NCBI GenBank assembly: GCA_002269645.1
Contig: NIVC01001365.1
Location: forward strand, 1 to 48,760
From: Macrostomum lignano
Lineage: Eukaryota
DNA length: 48,760 bases
Direction: 5' to 3'
Notes under the pieces: generated by a model
The model's input: the letters and a program-made list of their open reading frames with translations, nothing else
What the model was told of the DNA's origin: nothing
Database searches by the model: none
Position numbers and translations under genes: made by a program
Shown: positions 35,016 to 47,000 of the stretch, in pieces
Position numbering within the stretch: position 1 is the stretch's first letter
Layout: every line of letters begins with the position of its first letter

Positions 35016-38000
35016 TTAGTCGTCCATGATGCGGGAACCGAACCGAGAGCTCGAGTTCAACATCTGGGAGCCGTGCCTTCGGCTGCCTCTGCTGCTGCCG
35101 GCCCTAGCGAAGCTGGAGCCGCTGTTGGCTTTGCCGCTGCCGCCCTGCATCCGGGTGAACTTGACAATCACCACCTTCCAGTCCACGACGTCTTCGAGTT
35201 TCACCGTGCCTCGATGCTCCCTGCCGGTGCTCAGGCCTGGAATCGGATTTTGGAAGTGCATTTCTCACACTGCTGCTAATGTAATGGCTATCGCCATAGA
35301 TGTAAATAAGTTAAAACAACACAATGCATCTACTGAGGTCTCTGTACTTTTCTGATCGGCTTCTTAGTTTTCCTAGAAGACGTTCGCGTAATTTCACTAG
35401 CTATTAGTGGACTGCACATGATGGACAGTCAGCTACGGCGCGAACCATATCGGTTAGTCAAACAGAATATGGTCAGCTAAGAGTCAACTGGAATCGAAGA
35501 AAAGTCTAGACAGGTTTTAATCAAACAGAATGCACAGATAGGTATAAGGCTAAAACAGTGTGAGATCGAGTAAGCACAAATTCTTATACCGTGGCTCTGC
35601 GACAACTGGCGAGTTCCGCCGTCGTCGTAAATAAACTCTGAAATGGAGGCGCATTTAGCAGATGCATTTCATATGATTACTAGTAGCATGATTCAGGAAG
35701 CACTCGTATAATGTACTGTAGGGGACAAAATTCCAGCAGGTATTCAAGAACTGCCCAGCTAGGAGGTGACCTGGCTGGGCATTGTGACCTGTTAAAAGCG
35801 AAATTCGACCGGTAATACTGCTGTCAAGACACAAATCCTCAAGCACTCACTGTTCAGGAAGTTTGTTAGTATGCATGGTAAGTAATATTAGCTCGTAAAT
35901 CTCATTTCAGAATATATCGGTATTAGTTATTAATAATAGTAATAAATATTCGAGTACACCTGCCCTAATGGCAAGATTTGCAACCGACAGCTCAGCCGCA
36001 GCTATTGCGCGGTGCATCTGAAGGCTGCGTACGGCTGTTCAGTCCAAGACCCTCAATTACCCCAGCTAATGCTGATATCCATTTTACATCTGGGTGAACT
36101 GAAGCACTGCAGAGTTGAGTGGTTGCTCAAGGACACAAATTGTTCCGAGTGGGTCGAGAATCGAACCTCCGACCTTTCAGTCTTGAGTCCGACGCTCTGA
36201 CCACTTGGCTACAGCCCCCTTAGTTGAGTTAAGCGGCACTTAAATGGCAGATTAGTTGGTTAGTAGGCTAATGTCTATTTGTCACCTGTCGTAATTAACG
36301 GTGGACGAGTGGCCGCCTGGCTCATTCTTAGAGCGACTGAAAGGAGAGCGGTTCGAATTGGAATTCAATACGTTTTACTGACACTGAGGCTTTCTGACAG
36401 CCAGCAGTTTCCAAGTTTGAGCTCTTACCTGAGGAGGACTCGCGAGGATTCCTTCCGGCCACCGCTGCCTGCGACTGGGCCACATCCGGTCGGCTCGTGT
36501 CCGCCACTGTCGCCTCTTCGTCCTCATCGAATCCTTCAAGGCGAAGAGATTTTCAAATAATGACGATCGTAGTGACCGTTTGCCACAGGGACCTAGGGAA
36601 TGAATCCGAGATTTCCTGTCACATTTTGTCAGCCATTCTGTTCCCTAATCCTGTTGTTCAGTTCGGGCACAGCAAGCGTGTCTAATCTATTCTATTGTCA
36701 ACTCAGATACCGTGATTCACCTAAACGATGCTGCGAGCGGCCCTTCTGAGAGGCGTTCCGAAGCACGGTGAACATTTGGGTGAACAGAATCAGCGGCGTG
36801 GGCGTCGGGCTGGTCTTGTTCATGTTCCGGATCAGCTTGGCCCGGCCGAACTTCCACTCGGTGTCTGACTCGGTCTGTATTCGCTGGTAGGTGTCGGTCA
36901 TCATCGCGATGAGCAGGTTGACCAGCACTATGATGCACACAACCAGGTGGCCGCCAAAAAGAATTTTCACCAGCGTGGCAGCCCACGGCGGAGCCAATGC
37001 CAAGTTGGGCTGGTTGTCCGGCTCGATGAAGCCGAACAGGGCGAAGAACAGCTCCTCGAAGGATGCTATGAGGTCCTTGTTCACCAAGGCCAGAGCAGAT
37101 GACGTCTGCGGCGCGTACACGGCAACGTAAGTGGAGCGCAGCTGCAGCGTGAAGCCCACGACGAATAGCGCCAGCATCACCAGGAAGCGCATCAGGTCGC
37201 GCATGATATCCCGGATGATGATGGACCACGGTCCGAACTGGTGGTGAAAGGTGAGAAATTCCAGGAATACCACGAAGCACAGGAGAGTAGCGAAGGCGAA
37301 GAGCTGATTGCGGGCGAACAAGGTATCGAGCCGCTGGTTCGATCCGTACGGGAAGATGAACGCCACCAGGTGGGTGACCACACCGACTGCCGAGATGCCG
37401 ACTACGAATACCTGGATGATGGTTTTACAGTTTTGTCAGCCTGGTTATTGAGTGAGCAGAAGGGCTTTTGCTATTAAGATTACCAGATTGCCAGTAAGGG
37501 AGACTAAGACTCATCAATGCCCAATGCTCTTCTCTGATGCATCTGCTCAAAGCTTGGCTTTGTAAACTAATCTACGAGCGCACTTTCTCTTCACTTTTGT
37601 CTTAGTGAGCGGCCCTTTATCGATGGCTTGAAACTGCGATGCTGATGGGCATTTACCACTAACCCTGCTCACTGCATCTCTTACTAATCTCATACTAATG
37701 CCAAAGTCTACATACCTTAAAAATGCCCAGTCCCGATCGATCGGCCGGATTAGTGAGCTCGGAGACGAGCTGGCCGCTGAGCCACAGCAGCAGGAGGCAC
37801 TCCACCCAGGTGGGTATGAGGTCGTGTCGAGTCCAATACGGATAGCCCAGCCAGCCGGGCTCAATAGCTACCAGCATGAATAGGGCAATCAGGTGGAAGT
37901 GCGCGATCAGGTAGGCGATGAACTTGATCACCGGCTTGCGCTGGTACCGGTACCGCCGCCAAGGCAGGCTGAACACCATCATGACTGGAGGCAGGAGGAG

Positions 38001-41000
38001 GAATACCGTAAATAACAACAGGAATTTCCAGGTGGGCCAATCCAGGTTGCCTTTCCACAGGTCGGTGAGGTACCGCTGAACAGCCGGATGAGCGATCACC
38101 TCCTTCTGCTCCGTCTCTAGTAGGATGTCCAGAAACTGCACGCCGCGACTGTCCACCGCTTTTAATAGGCTGGCGGCGCCTTCGCTGCCGTTCTCTGTTG
38201 ACGCCACGGCGACCAGCTCGGCGCACATCAGCTCGCAGTGCTTGCCGATCAGCATCAGCTCCTTGGCGCGCTCCTTCTCTCGTTCGGAGAGTATCTGGAA
38301 TTTGCGCGACAGCTTAGCGGCAGTCTCAGCTGGAGCCGGCGATGCCAGAATGAACTCCTCCACAGTCTTGTTGCCGCTTGCCTGCGAGTGAATCAAATTT
38401 TATTGCTTTCCAATGGATTCGGAATAGTACTGACCCGGGGAGGAACCTCCGACCCGACCCTCGCTAGACCTTCGGAGTGAGCTACGTGCTTTGTTTACCT
38501 TCTTGTACCAGCTTCACCACCTGGGGGCGAGCCCATCAATTGATGAAGCGTGCCGACCCGAGAACATCCTAATTCAAGAGGATCAGGCAAATCTCAATCC
38601 TCCCCATCGAAGAACCGGCAGGTCTCTCTGATCTGCTGCTTAGCGCCATCACTATCACCACCACCTCACTCTTCACTAGCACCCACCATCCCCACTTCTT
38701 AAATGCACCCACCACCTCACTCCTTTATTGTACCCACCACCTCACTCCTTAAATACGCCCACCACCTCACTCCTTAAATACACCCACCACCTCACTCCTT
38801 AAATGCATCCACCAACTCACTTTTTCACTGAACCCACCACCTCACTCTTTAATTGCACCTCAACACCTCATTCCTTTATTTGCATCCACCACCTCACTCC
38901 TCAATTGCACCCCACCACCTCATTCCTTTATTTGCATCCACCACCTCACTCCTCAATTGCACTCCACCACCTCATTCCTTTATTTGCATCCACCACCTTA
39001 CTTTTCGATTGCACCCAAAACTTCACTCCTCAGTTTGGGTCCACCCTTTAAAGCCAAAATTTGAACACCTACATGTCCTCACGTGTAATAATTGCTTTAT
39101 TGCTAAAATATTACTTTATAGAATGTTACCTTGCTGCACTGCATGATGTCGTAGAGAAACTTCCAGTCCTCCATCAGGTGGGCGGTGTTGTGCCGCTCTT
39201 TCAGCAGGAAGCTGACCACAGCCACGTGGTTGCTCTCGGCTGCGAAGGCAACCGGAAGCTTTCCGTCTTTGGTCTCAGCTTCGCAATTGGCTTTGGAGTC
39301 GATCAGCAGCTGAACTACACGAAGGTGGCCCATCTTAGCCGCGTAGTGCAACGGTGTCCAGTTGTTCTGTCGGGTTCGGTTCGGTGTTTGACTTTAGTGA
39401 AGTGGTGGATTCAAGGACCTCTAGAAGTTACCGTTTTATCACAGATAACATCGTTACTTCTAGTGGTCCTTGGGTGGATACTCATGGATGTGGCGGCGGA
39501 TGGAATGAAAAAGGTTTTTCACGTTTGAGATGTGGGATTGGCATGATGAGTGAATTCGTAGATGCACACAATTGAAGAGTGAGGTGGTGGGTGCATTTAA
39601 GGAGTGAGGTGGTGGGTGCATTTAAGGAGTGAGGTGGTGGGTGCATTTAAGGAGTGCGGTGGTGGGTGCATTTAAGGAGTGAGGTGGTGGGTGCATTTAA
39701 GGAGTGAGGTGGTGGGCGCATTTAAGAAGTAAGGCGGTGGATGCAATTAAGAAGTGAGGTGGTGGATGCAATGAAGGAGTGAGGTGGTGGGTGCAATGAA
39801 GGAGTGAGGTGGTGGGTGCAATGAAGGAGTGAGGTGGTGGGTGCAATGAAGGAGTGAGGTGGTGGGTGCATTTAAGGAGTGAGGTTGTAAGTACATGTAA
39901 TAGTAATTAATCAGTCAGCCGGTCAGAAGTCTTCCCCGACATCACCTGGTCCCTGCAGTTAACGTCGCCGCCCTGACCAACCAACAGCGCGGCCATATCG
40001 TAGTGGCCTTTGTTGGCCGCCCAGTGCAGCGAGGTTCGCCCGTGGCTGTCGGCCAGCCGCACCTGATTGGTTCCTCGGCTCAGCAGCAAGCTGGCAACGT
40101 TAGTCTGGCCGTTCTGGGCGGCCAGGTGCAAGGGAATCATGCCCTGATTGGTTCAGAGGTAGAGGCGAGAGCGAATATGAGTCCGGCAATCAACACGCCA
40201 ATTATTAATGATTTGCATTTTAGACTTACGTGCTTGATAGTGGCCGAGTCCACTTTGACCCCGGTGCTATTCAGCAGGTACCTGACCAGGCTCTCGTGGC
40301 CGCTCTGGCTGGCCAGGTGAAGCGGCGTGAATCCGTACTGGAAATCAATAGTTAGTAGGAAGCAACACTATTATGTCATGGGACAGTGTCGGCCCATAAC
40401 TATAGAGAAGGCCCAGAGTTCGAAATAGCCACAGTAGCATTTAAAACTGAGCTCACGTCAGCAACCATTTCCTTGACCAGGCTGTGGTCCTTCGGCTTCA
40501 ATGAGGCCAAATTCGCGGGCACCTTGGTGAGAATCTCCTGCACAAACTCCTGCTTGCCGGCGTGCGCAGCGATGTGCAGCGGCGTTAGGCCGGACTTCTT
40601 CGAAGCGATTCGCAGGTCCACCTTCTCCTTCAGGGCTTGCAGCACCTGAATTGGAACAGATCGATTGAGGGGTTGAATAATTGATGCGAATATTATAAGT
40701 CTTTCGCCATCAATGCATTCCTGCCCTTGCCGTCTCTGCTGTAACACTTTATGCTCCCGCCCACTGAAACTCACTCTACCCCATTCACTTCACCCAATCC
40801 ACTCTACCCCACCGAATCTACCCACTCTACCAAATCAACGGTACCTAATCCACTCTACCCAATCCACTATACCTAACCCAATCTACCCAACCCACTATAC
40901 CTAACCCAATCTACCCAACCCACTCTACCCAACCCACTCTACCCAATCCACTATACCTAACCCAATCTACCCAACCCACTCGACCCAACCCACTCTACCC

Positions 41001-44000
41001 AACCCACTCCACCCCACCCACTCTAGCCACCCAACTCTCCCACACCTTGGAGTGCCCACTCTGAGCGGCCAGGTGCAGCGGGGTCAGGCCCTCAGAGTTC
41101 TCCTCGGACGGCGACGCCCCGGCCTCGACCAGCAGCCGAACGACCTTCTCGTGTCCCTCCTGAGCGGCCAGGTGCAAGGCGGTGCATCCATTCGTTTTGA
41201 TCTTCCCCGTGCACAGGAGGCTCCTGTTCGATCTGAGCAGCTCGTTGATCACAGAGATGCTACCCTTGCTGGCCGCGATGTGGGCGCAGGTCATGCCTTT
41301 CTGCAATGGTTACGGACGATGGGTAATGATGGGTAGGTCGGTAGGGCTACCGATTGGGTCCGTCTGTGCCACTAAATAGATGGTGCCACTACTGGCAATT
41401 TGAAGGTGAGGAAGAAGCAAGTAAAATAGACTGAGATATCTTTAGGAGAGAGTGAGGAGGGTCTGATAAGATAAGATTACGAGACGGAGAGAGAGGGTGA
41501 GAGTCAGATTGCGAGACGGAGAGAGAGGGTGAGAGTCAGATTGCGAGACGGAGAGAGAGGGTGAGAGTCAGATTGCGAGACGGAGAGAGAGGGTGAGAGT
41601 CAGATTGCGAGACGGAGAGAGAGGGTGAGAGTCAGATTGCGAGACGGAGAGAGAGGGTGAGAGTCAGATTGCGAGACGGAGAGAGAGGGTGAGAGTCAGA
41701 TTGCGAGACACTGAGAGAGAGGGTGAGAGTCAGATTGCGAGACACTGAGAGAGAGAGAGGGGGGTGAGAGTCAGATTGCGAGGGAGAGAGTGAGAGAAAG
41801 GGTGAGAGTCAGATTACAATATTAAGAGAGCGAGGGAGGTTGCCAGTGGAGAGAGTGAGAGTCGGGTTCTAACATGGAGTTGGACATAAATTTATGCATT
41901 TGCAACTTCTGCAACTGGTGTGTCTGCTTGCCAGCGCAAGAGAACCTCAGGACGGCAACTAATCATAAAATAACTGAAAGTAGCAAATGCAAAGGATTGA
42001 AGTGCATCAATAAACTTAAATTTTGTGATTTATTTAACTTAAATTAACATGACTAAAAGCAACAGCTTAGGAATTAGCTAAGCCATTAAAACGTACGTCA
42101 TCCTGAAAAGTTGTAACGATTTTTATGGGATTTATTGTTAGCTATAATTGTTTAGACAATATTCACTTGCAGTTCGTATAAACCCGAGTAAATCAGAATC
42201 GATTTAAATATCTTTTAAAAGTCCCAGAGCCAATCAGAAGCGAGTAAATTCTCGAGAACACACTCAGAGCCAATCAGAAGCGATTAAATTCTCGAGAACT
42301 CACTCAGAGCCAATCAGAAGCGAGTAAATTATCGAGAACACACTCAGAGCCAATCAGAAGCGAGTAAATTCTCCAGAACACACTCAGAGCCAATCAGAAG
42401 CGAGTAAATTCTTCAGAACACACTCAGAGCCAATCAGAAGCGAGTAAATTCTCAAGAACTCACTCAGAGCCAATCAGAAGCGAGTAAATTCTCGAGAACA
42501 CACTCAGAGCAAATCAGAAGCGAGTAAATTCTCGTGAACAGACTCAGAGCCAAACAGAAGCGAGTAAATTCTCGTGAACACACTTAGAGCCAATCCGAAG
42601 CGAGGAAATTCTCGTGAACACACTCAGAGCCAATCAGAAGCGAGTAAATTCTCGAGAACACACTCAGAGCCAATCAGAAACGAGTAAATTCTCGAGAACA
42701 CACTCAGAGCCAATCAGAACCGAATAAATTCTTGAGAACATACTCAGAGCCAATCAGAAGCGAGTAAATTCTCGAGAACACACTCAGAGCCAATCAGAAC
42801 TCGTGAACACTCCCAGAGCCAATCAGAATAGAGTAAAACGCTCATAGCCAACTATAAATGTTTTGAGTCTCTCTGCCACATCCAGAACAAATAAGAAGTC
42901 TTACCGCACTGGCCAGAGTCACAATGTCTTTCTTTCGCAGGAACATTTTCACAACGTGAGACTTGTCGTGCTCAGCGGCCAGATGTAGGGGAGTCTGGCC
43001 GTTCTGCAAAAGTTGACGCAAATATACAAAAAAATACAATTATGGAGCTTGAAAACTATATATTCACTGAAAGTTAACGCCTTACATTGTCGGTAGCTTT
43101 TGTGTCGGCATTGTGATCAACAAGGGTCTCGCAGACCTCTTTGTGGCCCCTCTGAGCAGCCAGGTGCAGTGGCGTCTTTGAATGCTGCAGTGACAGAAAA
43201 AAACTGTAAAGAAACTAAATTAGGACTAAAGAAACTAAATTAGGACTAAAGAGACTAAATTAGGACTAAAGAGACTAAATTAGGACTAAAGAGACCAAAT
43301 TAGGACTAAAGAGACTAAATTAGGACTAAAGAGACTAAATTAGGATTGAAGTGACTAAATTAGGACTAAAGAGACTAAATTAGGACTGAAGTGACTAAAT
43401 TAGGATTAAAGAGACTAAATTAGGATTGAAGTAAAGTGAGCAATGCGCTCACCAGAGTCCTGGCGTCCACCTCCACGCCATCCTGTTTGAGAAGCAGTTT
43501 CACCACCTCGTTGTGGCCCTCCTGGGCGGCCAGGTGCAGCGGTGTGTAGCACTCCTTGCTCTTGGCGTTCACGAAAGCGTTCATGCGGAGCAGGCTGCGG
43601 ACCACATTGGCGTGGTTGTTCTTGGCAGCCAGGTGCAGCGCGGCGAATCCTTTCTGGAATGAGAGAAGTCACATTTGCCAGAAGACTCATAGGAGCGTTC
43701 CAGAAGAGTCATTGAAGTCTTCCAGAAGAGTCATTGAAGTCTTCCAGAAGAGTCATTGAATTCTTCCAGAAGTGTCATTGGACTGTTCCAGAAGAGTCAT
43801 TGGACTGTTCCAGAAGAGTCATTGGAATGTTCCAGAAGAGTCATTGGAGTCTTCCAGAAGAGTCATTGGAGTGTTCCAGAAGAGTCATTGGAGTCTTCCA
43901 GAAGAGTCATTGGAGTCTTCCAGAAGAGTCATTGGAGTCTTCCAGAAGAGTCATTGGAGTGCTCCAGAAGAGTCATTGGAGTGCTCCAGAAGAGTCATTG

Positions 44001-47000
44001 GAGTGCTCCAGAAGAGTCATTGGAGTCTTCCAGAAGAGTCATTGGAGTCTTCCAGAAGAGTCATTGGAGTCTTCCAGAAGAGTCATTGGAGTCTTCCAGA
44101 AGAGTCATTGGAGTGCTCCAGAAGAGTCATTGGAGTGCTCCAGAAGAGTCATTGGAGTCTTCCAGAAGAGTCATTGGAGTCTTCCAGAAGAGTCATTGGA
44201 GTGCTCCAGAAGAGTCATTGGAGTCTTCCAGAAGAGTCATTGGAGTGCTCCAGAAGAGTCATTGGAGTCTTCCAGAAGAGTCATTGGAGTCTTCCAGAAG
44301 AGTCATTGGAGTGCTCCAGAAGAGTCATTGGAGTCTTCCAGAAGAGTCATTGGAGTGCTCCAGAAGAGTCATTGGAGTGCTCCAGAAGAGGCTGCTAATA
44401 AAAAGTAGTAAAAAGTTTCTAAAAGGCGCCCGGATCCAAAGCGCCACTCACCGTGTCGAACACATCAACTCTAGCGTGCTTCTTTAACAGGATCTGCACG
44501 ATGCCCTCCCGGCCGCAGTCGCTGGCGATGAGCAAAGGCGACCAGCCATTCTGTAGCGATTTGGGAGGGAGTGAGTCGGTTTGTTCTGTTTATGCTGAGT
44601 TGGGCATGAGAATGTGGAAAACTTTAGGGAATGTTTACAAACTACTGAATTGGGTGCATGCAGAGAAATTGGAGCAGATAACGCAGCTTTTGTGTACGTA
44701 GCGTGAAATTGAGTTAAACAGAGCTTGGATGGAGCTTGGATGGAGCTTGGATGGAGCTTGGATGGAGCTGGGATGGAGCTTGGATGGAGCTTGGATGGAG
44801 CTGGGACGGAGCTGGGATGGAGCTGGGATGGAGCTTGGATAGACCTTGGATAGAGCTTGGATAGACCTTGGATAGAGCTTGGATGGAGCTTGGATGGAGC
44901 TGGGATGGAGCTGGGATGGAGCTGGGATGGAGCTGGGATGGAGCTGGGATGGAGCTTGGATGGAGCTTGGATAGACCTTGGATAGAGCTTGGATGGAGCT
45001 GGGATGGAGCTGGGATGGAGCTTGGATGGAGCTTGGATAGACCTTGGATGGAGCTTGGATGGAGCTGGGATAGAGCTTGGATGGAGCTGGGATGGAGCTT
45101 GGATGGAGCTTGGATGGAGCTTGGATAGAGCTTGGATGGAGCTTGGATGGAGCTTGGATAAAGCTTGGATGGAGCTGGGATGGAGCTTGGATGGAGCTTG
45201 GATGGAGCTTGGATAGAGCTTGGATGGAGCTGGGATGGAGCTTGGATGGAGCTTGGATGGAGCTTGGATGGAGCTTGGATAGAGCTTGGATGGAGCTTGG
45301 ATGGAGCTTGGATGGAGCTTGGATGGAGCTTGGATGGAGCTTGGATGGAGCTTGGATAGAGCTTGGATAGAGCTTGGATGGAGCTTGGATGGAGCTTGGA
45401 TGGAGCTTGGATAGAGCTTGGATGGAGCTTGGATGGAGCTTGGATGGAGCTTGGATGGAGCTTGGATAGAGCTTGGATGGAGCTGGGATGGAGCTTGGAT
45501 GGAGCTTGGATGGAGCTTGGATAGAGCTTGGATGGAGCTTGGATGGAGCTTGGATGGAGCTTGGATGGAGCTTGGATGGAGCTTGGATAGAGCTTGGATG
45601 GAGCTTGGATGGAGCTTGGATAGAGCTTGGATGGAGCTGGGATGGAGCTTGGATGGAGCTTGGATGGAGCTTGGATAGAGCTTGGATGGAGCTGGGATGG
45701 AGCTTGGATGGAGCTTGGATGGAGCTTGGATGGAGCTTGGATAGAGCTTGGATGGAGCTTGGATGGAGCTGGGATGGAGCTTGGATGGAGCTTGGATGGA
45801 GCTTGGATGGAGCTTGGATAGAGCTTGGATGGAGCTTGGATGGAGCTGGGATGGAGCTTGGATGGAGCTTGGATGGAGCTTGGATGGAGCTTGGATGGAG
45901 CTTGGATGGAGCTTGGATAGAGCTTGGATGGAGCTGGGATGGAGCTTGGATGGAGCTGGGATGGAGCTGGGAGGGAGCTGAGATAAAGCTCTGATGAAGC
46001 TTAGGAGCTTAGGAGTAGCCTTCCTCACCGACGACTGCCTGTTGACCACCAGCTGGACCCTGTGGTCAAGAAATTTGACAATCTCCAGCAGGATGTCCTC
46101 ATTGCCCGATCTGGCGCAATAGTGCAGCGGCGTCTCCGCAGTCTGAAAAGAAATTTCAGATATGCTTCAATCAGCGGTCTGATCCATGTTGGCTTTGTGC
46201 CCGCAGCCAGCACCAACAATTCTATGCCGTCAAAGAAGCCGCTTTCTCACGAATTTCGTGGGCACGCTGATGTCGCCCTCGTAGCGCAGCAGCAGCTTCA
46301 CCAGGTCCGTGTCGTCGAAGTCGCCGCCTGCCTTATCTTTGGACAGTTCCGCAGCGTAGTGAAGCGCTGTTTCGCCCTCCTTGTTGCCAAGGTTAACCAG
46401 GTGCACGGCGTCGTGATGCGATTTTGTTGACTCAACGTGCTCAATAATTGCCTTAGCAACCGGATAGCGACAGTGTCTGGCGGCCAGGTGCAGCGGACTG
46501 TTGCCCTAGCAAGGTGTCAAATTGAATAGAAGGCATTTCTTTGAATACTTAAATATTCGCTGGGTGCAAATCTCTCCGCATAGCCAGTGGAACTACAAAC
46601 GCTTACCAAACACCCAAATACAAGCGTAGTAGGTCATTTCAGTGTTAACGAAAGTCTGACTCATTTTCGGGTCAAGCATGCAATCAGTGTAAAGTGCAAA
46701 ATATGAAGACGGTTTAAGGCCCATAGCGATGAGAAAGTCTACACTGTAGGAGCAATGCGAGTGCAGTTCCTGTTGTGCCACCGGTGCCCACTGCAAGCTG
46801 CACAGGAATTGACTGCACCTGCCCCAATTGGGCCAGATGTGCAACCGACAGCTCAGCCGCAGCTATTTGCGCGGCGCATCCGAAGGCTGCGTACGGCTGT
46901 TCAGTCCAAGGACTGGGGGGTCGCCACACACACCCTCAATTACCCCAGCTAATGCTGGCACCCATTTTACAGAAGCAATGCAGAGTTACTTCGTAAGTGT

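Noticed and set aside
45991-46015. CTGATGA followed by an AGCT-TAGG-AGCT hairpin (hammerhead-like)
   Set aside because: No GAAA follows the putative stem II.
44484-46049. 521-aa SKLHPSSIQAP repeat ORF
   Set aside because: Read-through of an 11-bp intronic satellite from a TRPN exon.
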